DNA of 60,428 nt, filler included, from Stramenopiles sp. TOSAG23-6 (taxonomy: Eukaryota), in the NCBI GenBank assembly GCA_900128565.1. It is 4 parts of 4 records of this genome, joined end to end, with 100 filler letters (N's around TTAATTAATTAA, not from the genome) between each part and the next. Parts side by side here need not be neighbours in the genome. Positions count along the whole stretch, not along the records: positions 30,290 to 45,325 come from LT636130.1; positions 45,426 to 60,428 come from LT636131.1; 2 more parts are not named here. The stretch is one strand, 5' to 3'. The notes under the pieces are model-generated. The model saw only the letters and a list, made by a program, of their open reading frames with translations. It searched no databases and had not been told where the DNA came from. Made by a program: the position numbers and the translations under genes. Positions 34,723 through 45,801 of the stretch are shown here, piece after piece. How positions within the stretch are numbered: the stretch's first letter is position 1; every line of letters begins with the position of its first letter.

Positions 34723-37700
34723 TTATAGTTTATTTACAGGAGGTACACCTAACAAATGCAAACCAGTTTGAAGTGTAACTAATGTATCTCTGCACAACGC
34801 TAATCTAAAATCTTGCCGGGAATGATTAATGATTCGTTCATTGCTATAAAAACTATGAAATAAAGTAGCTAAACGAAACAAATAATTGCACAGTAAATGT
34901 GGGGTTAGTTCAGCGACAACTGCATCAATCACTTCAGGAAACTGCGATATAGCGAGAGCAACTTGCCTTTCTCGCATATTTAGATGATCGACAGATTTCG
35001 TGTCATTGGTTGTTGTATCGAAGAAGTTGGATACGTCGCCACTGTGTTCACTACGGGCAAATATGGAATTTATTCTTGCACATGCATACAATAATGATAC
35101 TGACGTGTTTCCTTTACTCTCCATCATCCGCGTTACATCCGCTGCATAATCACTTTGTCGATGATGAGATAATTCAAAGTAACGTAAAGCGCCTTGCATT
35201 AATGCATCTGCTGATTCCATAACAAGTTGGTTCGAATTGCATTCATTCATGTCATCCTTCTGAATTGACCGTTCTACAGTGTCTAAAGCAACAGAATGAA
35301 CTTCAGACAAAAGCGACGAGAGAGTAGGTACATTTCCATCTCTAGAACTCAATGTATTTTGGAAAAATATTTCAAAAAATATTTCGTTAGGTACAAAATT
35401 TCGTACGAAAAAAAAATTCAAATTTTCAAAAAAAATAAACATACATTTTCGATCATCTTTCCCTTTAACAAGACCGAACGAAACATGTTCTAATGAAGGA
35501 AGACCAAATTTGTTTGGTGAAGCTTCTAACCAACCAGCTAGCTTAGCAACATGAAATAAATTTGAAAAGTGCTTTTTTTGACTAGAATCGACAACGTATA
35601 TGTATTTTGGAAAAATATTTCAAAAACAAAAACTAAAATTTGTTAGGTACAAAATTTCGGAACNAAAAAAAAATCNAANTTNAAAAAAAAAGAAAACGGA
35701 CATGATTCTATCGTATGCAGTTTGGTTGATTAGAGTATTGTTATTAGGAATGCTTGTACGGTCGATTTCACTGCCTAAACCTAAACGGTACGAATTGTGA
35801 AAAAATATTTAAAGAAAAAAAACGTTAGGTACGAAATTTCGTATGAAAAAAAAATTAAATTGAAATTCATATAAAAAATACACCTTAAAGCAGCTAGATC
35901 AGTTGTTGCATATAGATGAGTAGTATCACTCTTTTCAATTATCATTGGTGGCTGTTCTTCATCTTTTCTACCCTCAGTACTATTTTTACAATCTTTATTA
36001 TTCATTTTCCGGTGTTTTTTTTTTCTTCTATTATTATCTAATTTATTTGTTTCATTTGCAAAATAATCTCCAGCAATTACTAGAGCGGCATCCTGATAAG
36101 ATAACAAACCAGAAGTATTCAAATCAGCAATCATCTCAGAGATTAATGGAGCATAAACAGATTCACCCAGTTCCTCCGCAACAACATGTATTTTGGAAAA
36201 ATATTTCAAAAAAAAATCGTTAGGTATAAAATTTCATACGAAAAATAAATTCGAAATTGAAAAAAAATAAAACATACATCTAGTCTACTAAAAATATCAT
36301 GAAATCCTTTACGACTTGCAGTACACAACTGTAACCATGAGTGTCGGATACTTCCTACTCTATTGTCATCGTATTTTGAGCTGTTTTGAAGAGCGCGGAG
36401 AACTTTGGAAACTTTTTCCTTAAATATGGGATCATTATCCGCACGTGTATTTTGGAAAAATATTTCAAAAAAAAATCGTTAGGTACAAAATTTCGTATGA
36501 AAAAAAAAATTCGAATTTGAAAAAAAAATAAAACATATGTTCTTTTGATGCAGTATAAAAGGAACTCAATTCGGCTGGAGTAGGTAAAATTGTTTCTGTC
36601 TCAGTCATTTGATTTTTCATGAATAAAGGTTGCCTATCTTCAGGAAGATCATGAATAAACGCAACTACCATTGCAATTGGAGTACCCCAGTCACCAACAT
36701 GACTTACCCGAGTGACTTTATTCCCGGAAAACTCTAGAATTCGTGCAAGTGTATCACCAATGACAGATGACCGTAAGTGCCCGACGTGCAATTCTTTACT
36801 CATATTGGGTGATGCAAAATCTAGTAAAATATTTTTAGAGTTTTGGTCAATCGGTTCAACAACTTTTTGTTTCAAAGACATTTCCGGATTCCTAATTTTC
36901 AAAAGCATTGCAATTGCTTCATCTTTTTCTTTTTTCACCTCATCACTAATATCCAATGATCGTAATTGCTTTAACTTACTTTTTATTTTATTTACCTTCT
37001 CGACATTTTCATGCTCATACGGGCAATGTCGACACTCAGAACCACAACAAGTACCACGATTTTTATGAAAGAAACTTGTCAACACTTGAAAACCAGTCAT
37101 TGGATCTATATACGAACTTTCTTTACTATTACACGCATTTTCGTGCAATAATTGAATTTCTGGGGACAGCAAAGCTTTCTTTTGTGTTCTAGTCGTGTCA
37201 GGTACTCTGGGTCTGGTAGGAATCATTTTACTTACATTATTCGAACTCCATAATGAGAAAGAAACTTTCGATTTATATGAAAGCAACCATGGATCATCTA
37301 TGTATATATTAATAAATCCAGGCCCAGAGACTTCTACCTTTGATATACACGGATCCGCACATTGTCTTATGTTTGTAGCGAGTTCATTTGCTATGTCCTG
37401 AGGTCGACGTTTTTCTAATGAAGCTAATCCAAGAGCAGTGTTGCACTGATAATCCGCATCAGTATTTCCATTTGCAAGTGATACTCTAGAGGCATGAATA
37501 TCAGTATCAGCAGAACTAACACGTCGTAACACACCAACTCCACCCGGAGAAGATGAATTGAGTGCTTGTTTGACTATAGAGCGGAGGTGTGACAGGATAG
37601 ACGTTGGAAGTTGTATTGATTTGCAACTACTTGAGCTTTCCGTTTTGATGCACCTACGCTGACGAAATAAAATATGCTTTACCCTAATTCGACTAACATG

Positions 37701-37724
37701 AGACAACGAACTACTCAGAAACAT
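34723..37724 (-). CDS. RARS: Arginyl-tRNA synthetase (organellar-type N-terminus); exons 37724-36539, 36444-36278, 36185-35882, 35789-35702, 35599-35445, 35351-34723
   Basis: SPNMSKELHVGHLRS (HIGH), HVGDWG, GES-Y, YATTDLAALRYR, IYVVD..QKKHF, KLSSRDG, YACARI, DALR domain. Confidence 0.93.
35352..35444 (-). mobile_element. Introner-like intron, GT..AT (AT duplicated)
   Basis: Restores KLSSRDG. Confidence 0.9.
35600..35701 (-). mobile_element. Introner-like intron, GT..AT (AT duplicated)
   Basis: Restores DRIIYVVD. Confidence 0.9.
35790..35881 (-). mobile_element. Introner-like intron, GT..GT (GT duplicated)
   Basis: Restores DLAALRYRL. Confidence 0.9.
36186..36277 (-). mobile_element. Introner-like intron, GT..AT (AT duplicated)
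   Basis: Restores RLDV..GESVY. Confidence 0.9.
36445..36538 (-). mobile_element. Introner-like intron, AT..AC (AC duplicated)
   Basis: ATATGT donor; restores SKERADND. Confidence 0.85.
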
Positions 37725-38032
37725 TCTAGTCAATGCTACAATGCTTTGCGAAATAGAATACTAATAGCGACGATGCCGACCTAGCTACTTCTAGCAGTGC
37801 AGGTGTACTCTTACGTGTAGGTTAGTAAAATTAGCTAGGCTAGTCGTAGTACTAGTTTCTGTTGTGACACAAACACGCGTGATGATTGCAACAAGTCAGT
37901 TCGAAACTCTTCTTCCTCTAGAAGTACTGCATATAGGTACTACTAGCTAATAGTTATAGATTATCGCTACTATATTTTGACCCCCTTGGACTACTTACAT
38001 TCATTCAATATAGATACAGGTGTTGCATAGTT

Positions 38033-39263
38033 ATGAGAATATTTGCCCGTTCTAATTTGGTTTGGCTCTTCCGTTGTTCACGTCAAAATAGGTGCAAACC
38101 TCGTATGTTACTATCCAGTAATGTTCGAATGATTTCTTCTACTGCAAGTGTTTTGCTCCGATCGAGCAAGGGTGAGGATGGATTCGGTCGTTTGGCACCG
38201 TTATTAGATGGCGTTAAGAAAGACCCCAAACCGGAAGATCTTGGATCTGCTGTAAGTGACTTTCCAAAAGTACTTGAAGAAGTTGCTGCGCAAGGTCGAG
38301 CAAAAATGGATGCCTTTAAGTTTAGTCTTGAAGCACTTAAAGTAATGAAAGAGCAGGATGATATTGACGACGATACTTTGGAATACTGTGCTGCCATTGC
38401 AGGCAGTGCAACAGCTGGGCGATGGTATGAATTTTGTGGTGGTGAGAATGGTGAAAATGATGGCTTATTGGATCTTATGATGACTCATGACGGTATAATG
38501 CCAGATGCTTTTACGGCTTCGTGTGCAATTGAGGCACACTATCGTGGTGGCGAAGCTTCATTGGGTTTGGACTTATTTTGGGATATTCTTTCTTTTGAAG
38601 CACCTGCAGAAGATCAATTCGGCTATAAAAATATTCTGAAGAAGTTTGAAACACAATTAAAGTTCTCTGCATCCGAAGAAGAAAAAATGCGAATAGAAAA
38701 AAAAACGAGTGTAGACAATCAACAATTATTGAAAAAAACAGTGTTGTTAGATCTGGAAAGTGCAAAAAATCTATTGAAATATCACAATCCTGAACATATA
38801 TGCGTATACAATTCTGCGATTAATAGCTGTAGTGCATTGCAGAATATTTCAGATGATGAAAGGGCGTCAAATGTATTAGATATCTTAAAGGAAATGTTTC
38901 GAAATGGTGTTCGCCCAAACGAACAAACGAATGTACCTAACCCTAACCCTAATCATGAATTTCAAATTTATTTTTTTTGTACCAATTTTCGTACCTAACA
39001 AAAATATCAAGTTTTTGAAATATTTTTTCACAATATATCTATCGTTGAAGAATTGTTTTGAATCAAAATCAGACAATAATGTAAGCCAAGTAGAAGCTGA
39101 GGCATTGCTTTCAAATATCGTTGATGTTCATTTAGATGCTGTCGATATGGTCTCAAATATGGAATCAAATAGGGAATATTATGAAACGAAAGAAGAAATT
39201 AATAAATCCGAAGACGAAAGGATCTCTCCCCGCTGGTGGCATTCGCTCTACAAATCATCCTAA
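38033..39263 (+). CDS. PPR-like protein, likely mitochondrial; exons 38033-38932, 39039-39263
   Basis: GIMPDAFT; VYNSAINSC..LKEMFRNGVRPNEQT PPR-like motifs. Confidence 0.7.
38933..39038 (+). mobile_element. Introner-like intron, GT..AT, with (CCCTAA)n at its 5' end
   Basis: Core consensus present; frame restored. Confidence 0.75.
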
Positions 39264-39348
39264 AAATATAATTAGTTGTATAAATCATCCTAAAAATATC
39301 GTTGTATAAATCATCCTAAAAATAGTATATTTCTTTACTTTGTAAAAA

Positions 39349-40212
39349 TTAATTCCCCGAAACTTTTTCTTTTTTCTTTTTCCGTGTTCTTCTTCTATTT
39401 TTCTTTTTCTTAGCCCCATGAACAATTATCTTTGCTTTTTTACTTTTTCTCATACTTAAAGGGTTTGGTTCTTTTGGTCCTTTTCGTTTCTTTCTGCTGG
39501 GATGAATTGTTTTTGTAGAGGGTATTCCTCCTGGTTGCCCATTTTCTATACAATCAGTGACGTCAATATCATTCCTATGTTGCGGTAATGTTAGGCCATC
39601 TCGTGAATCTCCTAATAATGTATTACCTCTTTGCTGTAGTTTTCTCTCTTTCGCAGCTTCGGCGAGAGAAGACTGTAAAAGGCGGCGTTCATCTCTTGTT
39701 GGTGCAGACTTTTTGATTTCAATTTGTTCCTGTTGAGACTTACTAGCTTTGCTGGGCTGTTCTAAAACCAAAACTGCTCTATTCAGATATATTATAGGTG
39801 TACCTGGAATGTTGCGTAAAATGGAACGCAATTCAGGGTCTTGTGTGCATATTATATATTTACCACGGTTTGAACCCGAGAGTAGTTGAGAAAAACCATC
39901 AACAACATCAACAGTGTTCTTATTAGCACCTAGTTTGAGACGTAACAACTCTTTTGCAAGTTTGAGAGCCTCTGCAACAGGAGCACCATTAGCTTCTAAT
40001 TTTTTTAATTCAGTGATAACAAACGGGGCAGTGAAGAGTTTGACTTCAGCCATAAGAAGCTTCTTTAGCACAACTTCAAGGTCGACGTTATTCTTGGCAC
40101 ACGCGTGAAGAAAACTACCATCAACAATTACTTTATAGGGAGTGTGAAGACCATATGACAACGCAAAGAACCTAAGAATTTTTCGAATTTGTTTCTGACG
40201 GATAACTTTCAT
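39349..40212 (-). CDS. UTP23: rRNA-processing PIN-domain protein Utp23
   Basis: PYKVIVDGSF, TQDPELR..PGTP, KGPKEPNPLS, basic tail. Confidence 0.9.
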   Translation of the reverse strand: MKVIRQKQIRKILRFFALSYGLHTPYKVIVDGSFLHACAKNNVDLEVVLKKLLMAEVKLFTAPFVITELKKLEANGAPVAEALKLAKELLRLKLGANKNTVDVVDGFSQLLSGSNRGKYIICTQDPELRSILRNIPGTPIIYLNRAVLVLEQPSKASKSQQEQIEIKKSAPTRDERRLLQSSLAEAAKERKLQQRGNTLLGDSRDGLTLPQHRNDIDVTDCIENGQPGGIPSTKTIHPSRKKRKGPKEPNPLSMRKSKKAKIIVHGAKKKKNRRRTRKKKKEKVSGN

Positions 40213-40478
40213 GGTTTAGTTTGAGCTCTAATTGTTTGAAGTGATACAAATCAATGAACAATTAGTACTTTTGTTAAAAAAATAGCTCTTTCAGGTAGGG
40301 CTCTGGAAAGCCTAAGCTAGTTTTTGACTGAAACTGCTGACTATCATGTTTTATTTTTGGCCATTACCGGGTAATGTTTACTGGTCAACATCGAGGTTTG
40401 AAAGGTTTGAAAGACACAGCATAGAATATAATTTAATCTTCATTTCTCGAGAAATATATACTATTCGTTTTGTGCGAA

Positions 40479-42594
40479 ATGGATATTTTTACGTTATCGC
40501 TTACTATAATTAAGTCTATTCCTAGGCGTTGTAATGAGCAGGTCTTTGTTTTCACAAACAAACGAGTTCCAGAGTCCATCAGAAAGGTAGCCTGGATGTA
40601 TCGCTTTGGTTACGTATTGACTCTTGTTCTTCTCACATGGTTAGTATTTGAGGTACCACACTCAAATCTTTGGGATACTAATAGAAATGACTTGCGGTGG
40701 TTTATCTTATTTATATCACTTTCACCTATCTCATACTTTTCTGTTCAAGCATCAGACCCAGGGTTTCTTTCTGCAGATATTCTCTCTGCAGTAGGGTTAC
40801 TTCCTGGTAGTGGCGAAAACGAGCGACTAGTATCAAATGATACTGGTATTGCGAATATTAAGATGAATCAATCTCAAGGTCAAGAAGTAGCAGATTCCAA
40901 GTTCGTTGATATTGAAATGGTCGGCTCAGCTATTGATGCGAGTAATCTAGAAACCAAAACAACAAAAGACGGTAAAAGAATTGAAATCGAGGACAATATT
41001 TCTTCAAAAAAACGCAGACTTGAAGCACTTAAAATGAAAAGAAATTTAATAGAAGAGAAAAAGAGTATTGTTGATCAAGAGATTCGAGACATTGGTAATG
41101 AAGAAATATATAGTAAAAGAAGCAGAAATAAGAATAGATCAGTAAAGCCTTGGAGACAAACTGTCTCAGAGAATACTTGTACGTTTTTACAATTTGAATT
41201 TTTACCAATATTTTTTTCATAGTAAATTTTGTACCTAACAATTTTTTACAAAAAAAAATATTTGTTTTCACACTACTTGGGACTCCAGCACAGATAGCGA
41301 TGACGGACTTGGTTCAGATATTGAGGAAGCTCTTAGTAGACAAGGTTTAGATAAACTTTTAGTGTGTACTAAAAATATTAAAAATACTAAAAACGAAGAA
41401 AAAAATTCCTCGATGTGTCAACCCGTTACCGGGTTCCAACCCCACAGAAATACTAAAAATGAAGAAAAAAATTCCTCGATGTGTCAAGGAAACAATCGTT
41501 TGGCGAATAATGATAAATTTCTCCGAAAAGTTAAGATAGGTCGTAAAAAAAAACATAGAATTGAAATGCCATTGCTTCGAGCACGTTGGTGTTATCATAG
41601 CGAACGATTAGTAGCAAAGTATGACCATGTAGGTTCTCATACTGAATTTCAAATTGTTTTTTCGTACGAAATTTTGTACCTAACAAATTTTAGTTTTTTT
41701 TTTTTAAATATTTTTTCATAGTGCATCATTGCTTTGTTTTAGGGACAACTATTGGAGGTCGAAATCATTTTCGATTTTGGTTGTTTCTATTTATTCATTT
41801 GATAACAGTAATGTATGCAATTATTTTAATTAATAGTGGATTTCGAGAAAATGTACTTGGCCAAAGTTTGTTTTCATCATTCATTTTCATTTTTTTTACT
41901 ATGAAAATTTTGTACCTAACGAATTTAAAAAAAAAAGAAAAATATCTTTTCACAATACAAGTTGGTTAAGTACAAACGGTCTTGCCCTTACAGCTTTAAT
42001 AATCATATCATTATTCTTTCTTCCAATTTGTGGACTTTTTGTCTTTCATTCTTTTCTTGCACTGACAAATTCCACGACATATGAAATAAGTCGAGGATGT
42101 TCATCAAAGAGAATTCGTAGGAGACGTGCTAGAGATTTTCGAAAACGAAGGCGTAAAGTCGGTTTAGATGACGGATATCTTCAGGATGATACATACACTA
42201 GTAGAAAAGATAAATTCCATTTCCAACCCTGTGACTTGCCGTACTCAAAAGGTCCCATTACAAATTGTCGTTTGTTTTGTTGTTTCAACCAATGTAGTGG
42301 AGATCCAGTAACTACACAAGCGCATTTAGCTGCATGTATGTTTTATTTTTTTTTCAATTTCGATTTTTTTTATAGTGCATTTTGTACCTAATAATTTTTT
42401 TTAGATTTTTTTTTGAAATATTTTTCCAAAATACATACAAACGACTTAAATTAATGAAGACTACGGGTCAATCATCTGTGAATGTTTCTATTGAATGGTT
42501 GCCTCATATATGGACTGCCCCGATACCATTTGACCGTGATACTGATGATATTTCAAGTAATTTATGGGAGAATAAATATTGGCGTTGTTGTTAA
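40479..42594 (+). CDS. DHHC palmitoyltransferase; exons 40479-41178, 41279-41628, 41727-41865, 41961-42335, 42437-42594
   Basis: SDPG; splicing restores KYDHHCFVLGTTIG..N; NSTTYE motif; start codon uncertain. Confidence 0.9.
41179..41278 (+). mobile_element. Introner-like intron, GT..TT (TT duplicated)
   Basis: Consensus present; frame restored. Confidence 0.8.
41629..41726 (+). mobile_element. Introner-like intron, GT..AT, inside the DH|HC motif
   Basis: Removal restores the catalytic DHHC. Confidence 0.93.
41866..41960 (+). mobile_element. Introner-like intron, GT..AA (AA duplicated)
   Basis: Consensus present; frame restored. Confidence 0.85.
42336..42436 (+). mobile_element. Introner-like intron, GT..AT (AT duplicated)
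   Basis: Consensus present; frame restored. Confidence 0.85.
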
Positions 42595-42788
42595 TGTGTT
42601 TTGAAATAAATTGATATATTCGTTTCATGAAAAACATCTAAACATTTAAAACGTAAAAAAAATAACAACAAGTAGCAATCTTTATATTCATTTTTTTAAA
42701 TAAATAGTATACTTTCGTGCAACAAAAATGAAAAATAAAAACAACTTTACATCATTTTAAATCAAATAATATTAAGATATCTATTACT

Positions 42789-45325
42789 TTAAAACTTTTC
42801 TAGTTGAGTAGTTACATCATCGGTAGGTAGAGACAACGATTCAGTGCACCAAAGAGCTTGTGCGGCACGACAGACTCATGTATTAAGAAAAATATTTTAA
42901 ATTTTAAATTCGTTAGATACGAAATTTTTATGGAAAACAAAATCTCGAAATTAAAATGAAAATGTACTGTCTGTACCATTATCAACAACACCACCAACTT
43001 CAGGAGTAAACCTAAATGGGGAATTACTACATTGTATTGAATTCATTGCACGGTCACTCATCGGGGTAGTGAGAGTAGTTTGATGAACTTTTAAAGGGGT
43101 CTGCGGAGGCAAATGAGATACATAATTACAATCAATCGAAGAAACCGGAAATTTACCAATATTTTGATCGAGAAATACATTACTTGTATTTCCAATGGAT
43201 TTCGGGTCGTTATTGTTTTGATTTAGATTAGCATTAACATTCATGTTCATATTCATCATTAAATGCATATTCATTTGCATATTATTCAAATCAATACCAG
43301 AAAAATCAGATCCGGCGACTGCGGCTGCGATGGAATCCAAACGATCGGGTTTATTGGGACTTTTAAATGGACTTAATAATTTCTCAAATCCAAGCAAGTT
43401 ATCCATCGTAAGCATTGGCATTTTAATGGGAGATATATTTGTGGTAGTATTATTGTTGTTCATAAAATCTGATGGTAATAGCTGATTTGGATTTAACTTT
43501 TGCATTTTATGTGGAGATTTCCAAGGACTTTCACAAGGAAGTTTACGTTTGTTTCCATGTCCTAAAACTACACTATGGGCGGCAATACAAGCATTAGCTG
43601 CAAAGGAAAGCCAATCAATATAAGGTGTACATGACTGAGGCGAAATGTTGTCAATATGTGTGCTTGCCGATGCCATTTCAACAAGCTGATCTAAGAGAGT
43701 TGCCAGAGTAGATTCAAGAAGTGTCACTGAATTTGGCACAAGATTATGAAGAGCGACAAAGCAAGCCACAACATTTGGATTCACTCGAACAGAAGTAGTA
43801 TTTTTTGTATTCTTTGTCTGGGGAATAAATTCAATATCCGATGAATGAATGGTAATGCGTGCTGATCGTATGCATTCTGTATTTAGTTTTGTATTTTTTT
43901 CCATAATATTGATATAAAGTGAAAATAAAGTTTGACCTCGACGATAAAATTCACTTGCTAGAATATCCATCCATGGTTTAGATTCACTTGTTGAGGTTTC
44001 GCTGGGCTTATTTTGTGATATATTTGAAAATTCTTTAATAGATTTATAACCGTAACCATTGATAGCAAGGTCGAGACGATGTCGAGTCATTCGCAATGCA
44101 TTCGCTAGTTCAGCTTCTTCAGCATCTGATGGTACAACTTTCGACGATTTCGACACCTGGTATGATTTAAGCCACGATAATAAAAGTTTCTCGCTCTGGC
44201 TAGCAATTTTAGGCAGCGTGTTTGTTGTACTTTCCTCAAATGACGCATTCAAAGTAGTCCAAGAACAAAATGCACCTGTTATACGTGACGGTCTAAAATC
44301 TTCTTCGTTTCCACCACCTACACCATTTCTAATAGTTTTGCTAATATTATTTGTAAGAGAAGCAAGCCAATTGCCACCACTGTGTTGACCCAAACCGTCA
44401 ATACGTGGAGCCATTAGAGGATGACCGGTGTTGATAGGGGAAATACACGAAAGATGAGATAATTGTGGATCAATTTGATATGGCTTCGGTGGCGGTGTAA
44501 CAAGTGTTTTTTTACTATCGAATTGTTTCGAACCAGGAACACTAAAGAATAAGGGTAAAGTTCCATTCAAAGACGTTTGTTGCGCATTTATGTTCTCAGT
44601 AAATAAAGGATTCATAGCCATTGGTATTATGGTCTGTTTTCGTGCAATTTCAGCCGGGGGTTCTGAATCTTTTCCATTCATCAGAACTTTACCTAAAAAC
44701 TCAGAAAGAGAACGGGGACCATTATTCATGACAACTTTCCCCTTGTTAGCATCTACCACGGCATCAGCAGGATCTGTTCCATTTTGGGCAGTAGATTCAT
44801 TAAATCTTTTGTTAGTGTTTACAACAGCCGAATAAGCCTTTTTGCTTTTTTTAGCCTTAGGTTTAGGTGGTTTTACCTTTGCGACATTATTTCTCGAGGG
44901 TACTAAAAGACCGAGGGAAATTGCTTCATCATATAGTGGCCTCCAAAGGCGTTTCCTTGCATTTGTAAACCAATTATTAAGCTGCTTAATTGTAATCGAT
45001 GCCTCTGCACGGAGTTCAGCTTTTTGATTATCAGTTGGGTATGGAGATTCGAAATGCTTCGCATCAAGCATCCATTTTTTTAGCACTCGAACAGCTGATG
45101 CTGGGAGCCGAGGATTTTTTCGCCGGCTAGTAGTGGCAGCAGTTGGTTGGTTTCCACCAGAATTTAATTGCTTTTGAACATTTTTGATTTTCTTCTTCGT
45201 CTTTGCACTCTTCGCTTTTGTCACGTATTGTGAAAAAATATTTCAAAAAAAATTCGTTAGGTACGAAATTTCGTATGAAACCAAAAAAAAAAAAATTAAA
45301 TTAGAAATTCATATAAAACATACAT
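42789..45325 (-). CDS. TALE-class (KN) homeobox protein; exons 45325-45324, 45222-42968, 42877-42789
   Basis: LKKWM..SPYPT..QLNNWFTNARKR. Confidence 0.88.
42878..42967 (-). mobile_element. Introner-like intron, GT..AT
   Basis: Core CGTATCTAAC; an open terminal exon follows. Confidence 0.75.
45223..45323 (-). mobile_element. Introner-like intron, GT..GT, splitting an AT|G codon
   Basis: Consensus present; splicing creates an ATG in frame with the ORF. Confidence 0.75.
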
Positions 45326-45425
45326 NNNNNNNNNNNNNNNNNNNNNNNNNNNNNNNNNNNNNNNNNNNNTTAATTAATTAANNNNNNNNNNNNNNNNNNN
45401 NNNNNNNNNNNNNNNNNNNNNNNNN
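45326..45425. other. Artificial scaffold spacer
   Basis: N-TTAATTAATTAA-N. Confidence 0.9.
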
Positions 45426-45801
45426 TTGAACTTGTATAATAAATTGCGCAAGTATTTGTAGTATTACCAAAAGGTTTTACCCAATATTGAAGCGAACACG
45501 AGCTGGCTCTAAAGTGTTCTTTGAGTGTTCTTTAATTAATCGATCCGCGATTACTATGACACGAAAAAACCTGTTTTGGACGAATGAAAATATTGTTGTT
45601 TATTTAGTAATGAAATCTCAAATCATGAAAATACTTTTGAAGTAGTCATATGTCATCATCAATATTGTTACTACACTTTGTTCGCTGCTTCATTTCTTTG
45701 AAAGTAGCTTCAAGCTTAATCTTGTCAATATCAGTCAGTCGCTGTACACAGAAATTTATATAGTATATTTATTATCATGATCTGTTGAATGTTTTCCAAA
45801 A

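Noticed and set aside
36186-36277. DNA-level excision (ciliate IES-like) instead of splicing
   Set aside because: Strict sense orientation plus GTATGT and CTAAC signals favour RNA splicing; not formally excluded without reads.
35352-36538. Alternative genetic code or stop readthrough as the cause of fragmented ORFs
   Set aside because: Intronless genes end at normal TAA/TAG stops, and these breaks are resolved by removing the element.
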